Assembly: GCA_963668695.2 (NCBI GenBank) | Contig: CAXXLQ010000004.1 | Location: 3,328,001 to 3,392,000, forward strand | Direction: 5' to 3' | Length of the DNA stretch: 64,000 nt | From: Vicinamibacteria bacterium | Lineage (GTDB): Bacteria; Acidobacteriota; Vicinamibacteria; Marinacidobacterales; Marinacidobacteraceae | Shown here: positions 10,502 through 19,636 of the stretch, in pieces | How the letters are laid out: each line of letters begins with the position of its first letter | How positions within the stretch are numbered: the first letter of the stretch is position 1 | Translations under genes and position numbers: made by a program | The notes under the pieces: model-generated | Databases searched by the model: none | Told to the model about the DNA's origin: nothing | What the model saw: only the letters and a program-made list of their open reading frames with translations

Positions 10502-12124
10502 ATGTTCAAAAAACTCCGCGTCCCCGGACGCCTCTTGCTCGCTTTCGCCGCACTCGCGCTGATGGCGGCACCCGCCTTCGCCGAAGAGCCCGACCTCGGC
10601 AAAGTGGATTTCCCGAACTCCGGCTCGGAGGCCGCGCAGGAGGCTTTCCAGCGCGGGGTAGCCGCGCTCCACAGCTTCTGGTTCGAGGAGGCCGGGGAAG
10701 CGTTCAAGAACGCGCAGGAAATCGACCCCGACTTCGCCCTCGCCTACTGGGGCGAGGCGATCAGCCACAACCACCCACTGTGGTCCGAGCAGGACATCAG
10801 CGCCGCGCGGGACGTCCTGAAGCGCTTTGGGGCGACCCGTTCCGAGCGCCGTGCCAAGACTCCCACGGAGCGTGAGCGTCTGTATCTGGACACCGTGGAG
10901 ATCCTCTACGGCCCCGGTGACAAGTACGAACGCGACGAGCTGTACCACCAGGCGATGCGGCGGCTCGCCGAGGCGCACCCGGAAGACAACGAGGCCAAGG
11001 CGTTCTACGCGCTTTCCTATCTCGGCCTGGTCCGGCGCGGGGAGCCTGGCTTCCACCGGCAGATGAAGGCCGGCGCGATCGCGACCCAGCTCTTCCAGGA
11101 GCAGCCAAACCATCCGGGCGCGGCGCACTACGTGATCCATTCGTTCGACGATCCCGAGCACGCTCCGCTCGCTCTCGAGGCCGCGAACCGCTACGCCGAG
11201 ATCGCGCCCGAGGCGCACCACGCGCAGCACATGCCCTCCCACATCTTCGTGCAGCACGGCATGTGGAACCGGGTCTCGAAGTCGAACACTGTCTCCTACA
11301 ACGCTTCAGTCAAGTGGGTGGAGGCGAAGAACCTCTCCATCACCAAGCGGGACTACCACAGCCTCGAGTGGAAGGCGTACGCGGATCTGCAGCGCGGTGC
11401 GTACGGCGCGGTCCTCGGCGCGGTCGCCATCGTGGACGACGCGGTCGCCGAGACCGACGACAATCGGCTCCGGCGGATTTCCGCCTCCATCGTGGCCCGC
11501 CACGCCATCGAGACCGGGCGGTATGACGCCATCTCCCTCCCGATGGGCGACGTGGACACGAGCCGCTACAACTCGACTGCAAACCTGCTGCTCGCAGTGG
11601 GAATGAAGGCGTTTGCCGAGAAGGACGCCGCCGCCGCGAACGAAGCGGCGACACAGCTCCGGGCGCTCGCCGACAAGCGTGTCGAGGCCGGTGAGGCCTA
11701 CCAGGCCGACTCCGTCCGCATCATGCAGCACGAAGTCGAAGCGCTCGCCGCCCAGCTCGAGGGCAATACGGAAAGCGCTCTGAAGCATGCAGCGGCCGCC
11801 ACCGCCATCGAGGAGAACCAGGGTCCGCCCTCCGGTCCGACCTATCCGATGAAGCCGTCCCACGAGCTTCGCGGCGAACTCCTGCTCGCCGCCGGCAAGG
11901 CGGAGAAGGCACGCGCCCAGTTCGAAACGAGCCTGACCCGGACCCCGAACCGGACCGCCTCGCTGCTCGGCCTGGCCCGCGCCGCCACCGCGCTCGGCGA
12001 CACGGCCACCGCAAACCGCGCCTACGCCACCCTCCAGACCTTCCTGACCGAAGCCGATAGCGATGTCGCCTTCCTCGACGAAGTCCGGAGCCACGCGATG
12101 GCGACCACCGACCAGCAGCAGTAA
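10502..12124 (+). CDS. Secreted TPR-repeat protein
   Basis: GGAGG RBS, signal peptide ending PAFA, FQRGVAALHSFWF, HPGAAHYVIHSFD, HAQHMPSHIF. Confidence 0.8.
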   Translation: MFKKLRVPGRLLLAFAALALMAAPAFAEEPDLGKVDFPNSGSEAAQEAFQRGVAALHSFWFEEAGEAFKNAQEIDPDFALAYWGEAISHNHPLWSEQDISAARDVLKRFGATRSERRAKTPTERERLYLDTVEILYGPGDKYERDELYHQAMRRLAEAHPEDNEAKAFYALSYLGLVRRGEPGFHRQMKAGAIATQLFQEQPNHPGAAHYVIHSFDDPEHAPLALEAANRYAEIAPEAHHAQHMPSHIFVQHGMWNRVSKSNTVSYNASVKWVEAKNLSITKRDYHSLEWKAYADLQRGAYGAVLGAVAIVDDAVAETDDNRLRRISASIVARHAIETGRYDAISLPMGDVDTSRYNSTANLLLAVGMKAFAEKDAAAANEAATQLRALADKRVEAGEAYQADSVRIMQHEVEALAAQLEGNTESALKHAAAATAIEENQGPPSGPTYPMKPSHELRGELLLAAGKAEKARAQFETSLTRTPNRTASLLGLARAATALGDTATANRAYATLQTFLTEADSDVAFLDEVRSHAMATTDQQQ

Positions 12125-12143
12125 CTCTCCGGAAACTCCGCAG

Positions 12144-12178
12144 ACGGGGGCGGCGCATCCGCGCCGCCCTCGTTTTAT
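12144..12178 (+). terminator. Intrinsic terminator
   Basis: acgggggcggcgc-atcc-gcgccgccctcgt followed by ttta, about 20 bp after the stop. Confidence 0.75.
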
Positions 12179-12222
12179 GTACGACGCCGGGACACCCGTC
12201 GCCGTACCGTCATTCTCCGGGA

Positions 12223-12627
12223 CTAAAGCCGGTCCGGCACAGCGGAGGCACCACCCATCCGGGCAAGATCCCGATCAAAAGTGAACAGCGGCGTAGCCCC
12301 CGCACGCTGCGCAGCCGCCAGGATCATCCGGTCGGCGAACTCCGGTCCACCCCGTCCGTATTCCACTGCGGCACGGCTCACGTCGGCTGCGTCCTCGAAC
12401 AACAGGCCACTCGTGTCGAGCAACTCCACGAGAATCTCCGCTATGCGTTTGCGTGGGAGTCCATAGCCGCGGCTGAGGACCCACACGAGTTCAAGCACGA
12501 CCTCGCGAGAAACGAAACCCGGCTCCGCGGGGGTGAGGTGCTCAAGCACAGCACTCGCGTCCGCCTGCTGCTCAGCGCCATCGCCGGTGAGATACCGGAC
12601 GAGGACGTTCGTGTCGAGCCCGATCAA
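12223..12627 (-). CDS. vapC: PIN-domain toxin (VapC)
   Basis: IGLDTNVLVRYL, ELVWVL, FADRMI, LFTFDR. Confidence 0.9.
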   Translation of the reverse strand: MIGLDTNVLVRYLTGDGAEQQADASAVLEHLTPAEPGFVSREVVLELVWVLSRGYGLPRKRIAEILVELLDTSGLLFEDAADVSRAAVEYGRGGPEFADRMILAAAQRAGATPLFTFDRDLARMGGASAVPDRL

Positions 12628-12857
12628 GATTCGCAGGCGCCCTCGGCGATGGCCCGGTCCATATCCTCGAGCGAGAGAGGGGGGCCCTCGTGCTTCACGA
12701 TGCCACGCAGCCGAGAGATGGGCCGGAGCGGTCGGATGTGCGCCACGCCGTTCTCAATGGTGTATCGAACCCGATCTCCGGCCTTCAGTTCCAACGCCTT
12801 ACGTACTGCTATAGGTACCGTAGTCTGTCCTCGGGAAGTAATTGTGGATTCGATCAT
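12624..12857 (-). CDS. AbrB/MazE/SpoVT-family antitoxin
   Basis: STITSRGQTTVPIAVRKALELKAGDRV; 4-bp overlap with vapC. Confidence 0.9.
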   Translation of the reverse strand: MIESTITSRGQTTVPIAVRKALELKAGDRVRYTIENGVAHIRPLRPISRLRGIVKHEGPPLSLEDMDRAIAEGACES

Positions 12858-12869
12858 GGGTCTTTCTAG

Positions 12870-12886
12870 CGCCTTATATTATAGCG
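12870..12886 (-). promoter_or_regulatory. Putative -10 (TATAAT) within an imperfect palindrome, candidate TA operator
   Basis: TATAAT on the minus strand at 12878-12883 inside cgctataatataaggcg; no clear -35. Confidence 0.45.
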
Positions 12887-13234
12887 AGTGCCTTGTTCCG
12901 AACGACCCTGGACGAGAACTCATAGGCCCGATTCCCTTGCGGCCTCAGAAACCCGCATGATCAGGTCGGCCCGTTCACCCCGCCCGCATGAAGAAGCGCT
13001 AGAGGTCGGCGTTGCCGGGCCTGCGCGCCACCCTGCATTCAGAGGTACGCGCCGAGAAGGGAACCATTCCAACGGTTGGGGTCTGCGCCGCCGCGGCCCT
13101 CGAGGCCGCTGTGCCGGGCCCCACCGGGAGAACTGCCCAGAGGTCGGCGTTCCCTTGCCTGCGCGCGATCCGCTCGGTCGGGGGCTCGGCGCAACTGCTT
13201 TTTCAGGGCAACTGCCCGGCGGTCCCTGCCGCTC

Positions 13235-14140
13235 TCAGGGGCGCGCTACGTACCCCGGGCGGTTGCGCACCTGAACCCCCCGCCGTTTCACCCGGACTTC
13301 GATCGGCACGAACCCTTCGAATAGCGGATCGGGCGTGAAGGACAGGATGTAACGCGCCCGCAGTTCCTCCAGCACTTCCTGGTAGGCGCCCGCCAGGTCC
13401 GCATCCGATGACACTGCGAGCAGCCGGCCGCCGCTCGCCTCCGAGACGTCGCGAACCAGCCGGTAGCCGTCGTCGGTAGGACCGAAGAACGGAAGGACGC
13501 GAGGCGGACGGGCGACGATGGAATAAATCAATGCCTCGGAACCCCGGACGGCCGTCATCACGAGGTCGTCCGAGGTCCAGCTCTGGTTGTCGAAGGCGTC
13601 AGTGAACAAAAGGAGCACGCCCCTGCCTTCCTCCCGATGGAGCGTCGCGAGGGAAAGGACCACGCTGTCCCGGAGCGCGGTGGCACCCCCGGGCGGTGTG
13701 GTTTGGACATCGTTTCCGACCTTGGGGCCGCAGGGAGCGAACTCGCGGATCCAGAAGGGTTCCATCGCGAACGCGACCACCGCACAGGAATCGTGATCCG
13801 TGAGCCCCCCGGCAAAAAGGGCCGCCCCTTCCCCGAGATGGCGCTGCCGCTCTCCCACCGTGCTGGCGCTGACGTCCATGGCAAAGAGAACCGTCACCGG
13901 CAGCGACGCCGGGTCGATGACCCGGAACGGCACCCGCTCACCCTCTTCGTACAACTCGAAGTCCGCGTGGCGGAGGCCCAGGACGGGGCCGTCGTCGAAA
14001 ACGGAGACGTCGACGAGGACCGCCCGACTCTCAATCCGGAACTGGGCAGTGGCCGGCGAGCCGGCGGGGCTCAGCCCGGCCAACATCACGAGCCCCAAAC
14101 GGAGACGGCCGCGGTCTCGCCTCCCGAAGAAGCGCTTCAC
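13235..14140 (-). CDS. VWFA-related (Acidobacterial-type) domain protein
   Basis: VLVDVSV, MDVSAS, GGATALRDSV, LLFTDAFDNQS, ELRARYILSFTP, RPGY; GTG overlaps upstream stop. Confidence 0.8.
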   Translation of the reverse strand: MKRFFGRRDRGRLRLGLVMLAGLSPAGSPATAQFRIESRAVLVDVSVFDDGPVLGLRHADFELYEEGERVPFRVIDPASLPVTVLFAMDVSASTVGERQRHLGEGAALFAGGLTDHDSCAVVAFAMEPFWIREFAPCGPKVGNDVQTTPPGGATALRDSVVLSLATLHREEGRGVLLLFTDAFDNQSWTSDDLVMTAVRGSEALIYSIVARPPRVLPFFGPTDDGYRLVRDVSEASGGRLLAVSSDADLAGAYQEVLEELRARYILSFTPDPLFEGFVPIEVRVKRRGVQVRNRPGYVARP

Positions 14141-15270
14141 GCGATCCCCGCAACCTGGCGTAGCCACGGGAGCCCTTCTCCGAATTCCGCCCAGGCCGTA
14201 AGGAACGCCAGCCACGGACGCGCCTTCTCCCGAACCGAAAGGAAATCGGACGCCAGCTCTGCAGCCTCGTCCCAGCGTCCGGCGGTTTGCAGCGCGGCGA
14301 CGAGCGCTGCCACTGCCGCGGGCGAGGTCGGCTCGGTTCGGGCGGCTGCCTGGAGGCCCTCGATCGCCGGCCGGACACGATTCTCCCCGAGATCCAGTTC
14401 CGCCTGCAGCAGGAGCCGCGGCAAGCGGAGACGTGGCGCAACCTCCCCGCGAACCTCCTGGAGGTCCCGGGCCGCGGCGCGCCGGTAGCCCCGCCCGAGG
14501 GCCACCAGCGCGAGCCGCAGATGCAGATCGTCCGGATCTGCCATCGCTTGCACGATGGCGCGCGGGGACGCGCCCTTGTCCGGCAGGCTGCCCGCCCAAC
14601 GCGCGACACCGCGGCGCAACCCACCCCGCGCGTCGGGCCAGAGATGGTCGTCACGGAGATAGCGGGCCTGGAACGCGCTGGTAGTCGCGAGCTGCCACTC
14701 GGCGGCCGGATCGCGGTACTGAACCGCATAGCTCAGCACGCGACGGGCGGTCCTGATATCGAGGTGCACGAGGCGGGATCTGGCGGCCATCAGCAACACT
14801 TCGCGACGCAACAGGGCCCGCAGGTTCTCGGACGGCCGGACGCCCCACGCCTCTCGCGCTGATGCGCGCTGATCGGCCGGTATGCCGCGCGGCCACCTGG
14901 CCGGAATCGCGCGGAGAGGCTCCCCGACGAGCTGCAGCCGCTCTTCCGATCCCTCCCCGAAGTGGGCCACTACCTCGGCGTGGAACAAAGCCGTGGTGAG
15001 TCTCGCCTGGAGGCCGCGGACGGTGTCCGGTTCGCCCAGCGCCTCCAGGTAATCCCGTTGGGCCGATCGGAGCTGCCTCGTTCCCCGCCTCCGGACCGCG
15101 GCAGCCACCTCCTGCAGCCGGCCGCGCCGGTACTGTGCAATCCAGCCCGCGTACTGCGAGCGTTTCACCTCACCCCGCTGCGCCAACCCCCGAGGGATGG
15201 GAAGCGCAAGCAGGGCGCGCCGCCCAATTCCTCGCTCCCCGACCGGTCCCCGTCCGGAGCGCGCGCTCAT
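14137..15270 (-). CDS. Hypothetical alpha-helical/TPR-like protein
   Basis: 377-aa ORF coupled to the VWA gene; helical Ala/Leu/Arg pattern. Confidence 0.55.
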   Translation of the reverse strand: MSARSGRGPVGERGIGRRALLALPIPRGLAQRGEVKRSQYAGWIAQYRRGRLQEVAAAVRRRGTRQLRSAQRDYLEALGEPDTVRGLQARLTTALFHAEVVAHFGEGSEERLQLVGEPLRAIPARWPRGIPADQRASAREAWGVRPSENLRALLRREVLLMAARSRLVHLDIRTARRVLSYAVQYRDPAAEWQLATTSAFQARYLRDDHLWPDARGGLRRGVARWAGSLPDKGASPRAIVQAMADPDDLHLRLALVALGRGYRRAAARDLQEVRGEVAPRLRLPRLLLQAELDLGENRVRPAIEGLQAAARTEPTSPAAVAALVAALQTAGRWDEAAELASDFLSVREKARPWLAFLTAWAEFGEGLPWLRQVAGIA

Positions 15271-15294
15271 GGCGACGAGGAGCTTTCGCCCCTA

Positions 15295-15825
15295 GGAGCC
15301 TGTGGATAAAGTGGCGTGAGCGCCGAGAGCGGTGAGGCGCCCGGCTGACAAGGCGCGCGAGGGAGGAATACCGCGTGTATTTCGACCGAAGCGCAACGAT
15401 GAGCGACGCGAAGCGGCGCGGTGAACAGCCGGTGGTGGAACCCACGTGAGCGCCGAGGTTGGCAAGTTCTCCCGGTGGGGGCGAGGCGCCCGGCTGACAA
15501 GGCACGTGAGGGAGGAATACCGCGTGTATTTCGACCGAAGCGCAACGATGAGCGACGCGAAGCGGCACGGTGAACAGCCGGTGGTGGAACCCACGTGAGC
15601 GCCGAGGTTGGCCAGTTCTCCCGGTGGGGGCGAGGCGCCCGGCTGACAAGGCGCGTGAGGGAGGAATACCGGGTGTATTCCGACCGAAACGCAACGATGA
15701 GCGGCGCGAAGCGACGCGGTCAGCCGGGATGGATCGCCGGCCGAACGCCGCATGGGTTTCATCACCGGTTGTTTGGCCGGGATGGATCGCCGCTCGAACG
15801 CCGCGTGACTTTGTCCACAGGCTGC
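15295..15825 (-). mobile_element. MITE family A compound array (2 heads + 3 bodies)
   Basis: TA-flanked outer TIRs, internal TIR variant acagccggtggtggaaccc. Confidence 0.85.
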
Positions 15826-16955
15826 TAGGGCTCCTCCGCGGGACCCGTCATCGGTGTGCGAATCAGGTCCAGAATCGCGCCGGGGTGGGACACCCGGATG
15901 GCGGCACCCTCTGCCAACTGCACGGGTTCCCGGAAGCTGAACTTCTCCGCCCAGTCGGAATCGAAGCGGCGGATGCGCAGCAGCGGAGTCACCGCTCCGT
16001 CGCTCGCCACCGCGTCCACCGCAAATCCGTCCGGGCCGGGATCAAGTCCCTCGGGCGGCAGTACGGACAACAGCGTCGCCGGGCCCACCGGGGTGGATCC
16101 CGGCTCGACCGCCAGCATCTCAACTGTCCGGCCCCCGCCCGAATCCGGAGCAAAGACAACGATTTGCGGGTCGTCCTCGAACGCCAGACCCTCGGTATCG
16201 AACCCCTTGCGGTAAGTGAGTTGCAGGAACAGGCTCGCAGGCAGGCGGTCGACGAAGCCCTCCGGCCGCAGGCGCGGTCCCTGCCCCACCACCCAGGTGA
16301 AGATCGGCGCTCCGCTCGCGCAGTCGTCGCCGGCGTAGAGCACCGCGCGGCGAAGAATCGAAACCGCCTCACCCGGCACCAGCGCGAACCCGGCCGCGGC
16401 GTCTCCTACCCCGTCACCCCGAACCAGTGGCGCGCAAACCGCTGCCTCGGACTCCATCTCCCCGATCTGCACGGGCTCGGCGAGCGTCAGCCGGGACGCC
16501 GGCAACTCGGTTTCCATTTCGGCCGCCAGCGGCTCCTCCGCAGGTGCCGGGCCTTCCGGCGCAAGACCGATCGCCCAGTCCACCAGCAGGTCGGTCTCGC
16601 GTTCGTCGAGCGTCCGGGCATGGGCGAATTCGCCGGCGCCATCGTCGGGCAACCAAGGCGGCATCCGCCGCTCGAGTACCTGACGGGCGATGGAGTTCGC
16701 CCACGGCAGCGCCTCCAGGTACCGCATCAGGTTCACCGGGGCGGGACCGCCTCCAGAGTGGCAGGAGGCGCAGTGCTGCTCGATGACAGGGCGGATGTCG
16801 CGCCAATACGTGTACCGGGAGAGTTCGGGTTCATGAGCGGCGGCGGTACCGAACCACCCCGGGACCGCGAGCAGGACGGCGGCGACCCCTGCGGCAACGC
16901 CGGTCAGGATCGCGGCAACTCGTTTGGGTCCCTTCATTCGACTCTCCAGGGTCAC
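15825..16955 (-). CDS. Cytochrome c-type (CxxCH) exported protein
   Basis: Signal peptide, IRPVIEQHCASCH, RRMPPW motif. Confidence 0.7.
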   Translation of the reverse strand: MTLESRMKGPKRVAAILTGVAAGVAAVLLAVPGWFGTAAAHEPELSRYTYWRDIRPVIEQHCASCHSGGGPAPVNLMRYLEALPWANSIARQVLERRMPPWLPDDGAGEFAHARTLDERETDLLVDWAIGLAPEGPAPAEEPLAAEMETELPASRLTLAEPVQIGEMESEAAVCAPLVRGDGVGDAAAGFALVPGEAVSILRRAVLYAGDDCASGAPIFTWVVGQGPRLRPEGFVDRLPASLFLQLTYRKGFDTEGLAFEDDPQIVVFAPDSGGGRTVEMLAVEPGSTPVGPATLLSVLPPEGLDPGPDGFAVDAVASDGAVTPLLRIRRFDSDWAEKFSFREPVQLAEGAAIRVSHPGAILDLIRTPMTGPAEEP

Positions 16956-18049
16956 TGCGGCGCTCGCTCCGGGAGTCCTCGCATCCCCTCGGCAAATATC
17001 TCGTACGCCTCGCCAACCCGGGTCCGGTCGCCCTCATCTCCGTAGAGATCGAGCAGCCAAGCTCCCCGTACGATCCGCTTGAGCGCAACCCAGGGCCGGT
17101 CCGCCGCCCGCTCGCTGTAAGCGAGCGCCAGTTCCTTGGCTTCAAGCGCCGGAATGAAGAGGTCGGCCCAGCGGCCCTGGTCGATCAGCGCCTGTATCCG
17201 GAGGCCGCGGGCCCGGATGGCGTCCAGGATCGCTTGCGGGGAGTCGGGCACCCGCAACTCGGGCAACTCCGCCGGAGCCGCCTCCGCGGCGAGCGCCGCC
17301 CGCTCGGCGTCGGAGAGGAAGATGAAGTCGAAGCGGTCCTCCTCGTCGCGCTCCGGGAATCGCACGAAGGCGGTGAACGCCGCCCGCTCCCCGGCGTTCG
17401 CGGCAACATCGGTCTCGAGGGCGTCCGCGGCCCCGGAGAGCGCCACCGGATCGCCGAGGGGCGCGCCGTTCTGATCTGCCGGGACCAGCCGCGCCTCGAA
17501 CGAGCCGGGTTCGATCGGGCGGGTGAAGGAGTCGTAGAAGTAGAGGCGGAACGCTCCGTCCTCCAGCGTGCCCTCCAGGTGATGCGTCCCGCTCGGCGCC
17601 ATGAACAGGACTCCTCCGTGGCGCGGGTTGTGGTCCCCGTGTTCGGAGACGCGGGACGTCATCTCCCGCGGCATGTCGCCCTCACACACACCGGACTCGA
17701 CGAAGACCCGCTCGGGATCGGACGGGCAGAACCAGACCACTTCGCGCGTCGCGGGGACGAGGGGTTCTCCGGTATCGGGACAGATCCCCGGGCCCGCTTC
17801 GACCATCCCTTCCTCCTGCCCGAGGCAGACGTAGCGGGTCACCAGGGTTCGGCGGACGAGGGCCATCCCGCAAAGCGGGCAGCGGCCCTCATCGTGCGCC
17901 TGGTGGTCCCGGTGCATCGGGCAGAGCCACACGGTGTAGGCGTCCTCCGGGCCAGTCGCTTCCGTCTGAGCCGCGAAAGCACCGACGGAGGAGGACCCAA
18001 ACAGGAGCGCCAGGGTCGAGGCAGCCAGAAGGCCCATCCGGACACTCAT
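16952..18049 (-). CDS. Exported heavy-metal-binding-domain protein
   Basis: WLCPMH...GRCPLCGMALV plus two degenerate repeats; HGDHNPRHGG. Confidence 0.7.
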   Translation of the reverse strand: MSVRMGLLAASTLALLFGSSSVGAFAAQTEATGPEDAYTVWLCPMHRDHQAHDEGRCPLCGMALVRRTLVTRYVCLGQEEGMVEAGPGICPDTGEPLVPATREVVWFCPSDPERVFVESGVCEGDMPREMTSRVSEHGDHNPRHGGVLFMAPSGTHHLEGTLEDGAFRLYFYDSFTRPIEPGSFEARLVPADQNGAPLGDPVALSGAADALETDVAANAGERAAFTAFVRFPERDEEDRFDFIFLSDAERAALAAEAAPAELPELRVPDSPQAILDAIRARGLRIQALIDQGRWADLFIPALEAKELALAYSERAADRPWVALKRIVRGAWLLDLYGDEGDRTRVGEAYEIFAEGMRGLPERAPQ

Positions 18050-18125
18050 GGCCGGGAAATTAGCAGGATGCGAAATGGGCGGGGTGCCGGCTGGCTCGGG
18101 GCGGGAGCGCGCTCCCAACGCGGTG

Positions 18126-18611
18126 CTACCCATCCCTGCGGGTGAGGTTCACCACGACGGCGTTCGCGGCGCGAACGAGATCCGCGGGGGTGATGAGGAT
18201 CTCCTCGCCCCAGACCCCGGCGCCCACCCCGAGCACCGGCTCTTCCATCAGCGCCTCGTCGAGAAACGTCCTCGTACCCTCCTGCTGCCACGAGAACGGC
18301 GGGATCGAGCCGATCCGATAGCCGGTGAGCTCGATGACCGCGTCGGGGCTGGCCAGGCGAATGTTGCGGTTGCCCATCGCCTTCTTGAGTTTGCCGGAAA
18401 TGACGTTCTTGTCGCCGCCTACCGCGATGAGCGCGCGCTCGCCGGTCCCGGATTCGAAAATCAGGGTTTTGACCATTTGGCTCTCGCGGAAACCGAGAGC
18501 GTGGGCGACGGAGGCCGCGCCCTTCGCGGTCGATGCCGGGAAGGTGCGCCGCTCCCAGGCGATTCCGAGTGCATCGAGGTGCCGGTGCGCCGGCAGGCTC
18601 CCCCCGGTCAT
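18126..18611 (-). CDS. YbaK/EbsC aminoacyl-tRNA deacylase family
   Basis: MVKTLIF, TGYRIGSIPPF, VGAGVWGEEI. Confidence 0.85.
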   Translation of the reverse strand: MTGGSLPAHRHLDALGIAWERRTFPASTAKGAASVAHALGFRESQMVKTLIFESGTGERALIAVGGDKNVISGKLKKAMGNRNIRLASPDAVIELTGYRIGSIPPFSWQQEGTRTFLDEALMEEPVLGVGAGVWGEEILITPADLVRAANAVVVNLTRRDG

Positions 18612-19408
18612 CGGGGCGTCCGGTTCATCTGGCCGCCCACCATTTTCCCGAGCCAGCGCACCACGAACCGTGGCAACAACCGCGGCACGAGCGGGACCAG
18701 CCGCGGGAGAAAACCGGGGTTGATCACCACCTTCCCGCGCAACGCCCCCCGGTAGCCGGCCCGAGCTACTCCCCGCGGATCGGCGAGAGCAAGGCGGCGG
18801 ATCCCCGCGAAACCCTCGATTCCCGCCGTTCCCAAAAACGGCGTGTCCACCGGACCGGGACAGAGCACACTGACCGTCACTCCGGTTCCGGCGAGCTCGC
18901 CGGCCAACCCTTCGGTCAGGTGCAAAACGAAGGCCTTGGTGGAAGCGTAGGTGGTGAAGCCGAGGCCCGGGACATAACCGGCACCCGATCCTACGTTCAG
19001 GATCCTTCCCCTGCCCCGTTCCAGCATTCCGGGAAGGTAGAGATGGCAAAGATCGGCGAGCGCCGCCAGATTCAGCCCGATCATCGCCCGCTGGACCCGG
19101 AGGGGAACCTCGAGGAAGCGCCCGCTCATTCCGAAGCCGGCGTTGTTGATGAGGAAGTCGACGCTCATGCCGCGCTCCTCGGTTTCGGCATGGAGACGTT
19201 CGGGTGCCCCCGGCTCCGCGAGATCCATCGGCAATGCCACCGCGCGCACGCCGTAAGCGGCCCGGACCTCTCGGGCGGCCTGCTCGAGACGCCCCGCGTT
19301 TCTGGCCACGAGCACCACGTCGCGGCCGTCAGCGGCGCACAGGGACGCGAGCTCACGACCAATGCCGGTCGAACCTCCCGTGATCAGGGCCCACCCGGAA
19401 GTCGTCAT
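18608..19408 (-). CDS. Short-chain dehydrogenase/reductase
   Basis: TGGSTGIG, NNAGFG, YASTK, LCPGPVDT. Confidence 0.92.
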   Translation of the reverse strand: MTTSGWALITGGSTGIGRELASLCAADGRDVVLVARNAGRLEQAAREVRAAYGVRAVALPMDLAEPGAPERLHAETEERGMSVDFLINNAGFGMSGRFLEVPLRVQRAMIGLNLAALADLCHLYLPGMLERGRGRILNVGSGAGYVPGLGFTTYASTKAFVLHLTEGLAGELAGTGVTVSVLCPGPVDTPFLGTAGIEGFAGIRRLALADPRGVARAGYRGALRGKVVINPGFLPRLVPLVPRLLPRFVVRWLGKMVGGQMNRTPR

Positions 19409-19413
19409 GGTGA

Positions 19414-19585
19414 GCAGCCCATAGACCGGATACGCCGGCATTCGAGCGACGATCCATCCCGGCTGAATCGCTCCGCTCGGCGTTGCGATCCGGTCGAAAT
19501 ACGCAGGGTATTCCTCCCAACTCGCGCCTGCTCAGCCGGGCGCCTCCCCGCTTTCGGTGCTCGGCCTGTTCGGTCCATGGACTGC
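19414..19585 (+). mobile_element. Diverged MITE family A relative lacking the tag
   Basis: TIRs gcagcccatagacc / ggtccatggactgc; internal gatccatcccggctgaa, ggtcgaaatac, gtattcctccc, cagccgggcgcct conserved. Confidence 0.7.
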
Positions 19586-19636
19586 TAGTCTATTCACGAC
19601 AACCGCCCGGAATCCGTTCCGGGCGTCGCTTAATTC

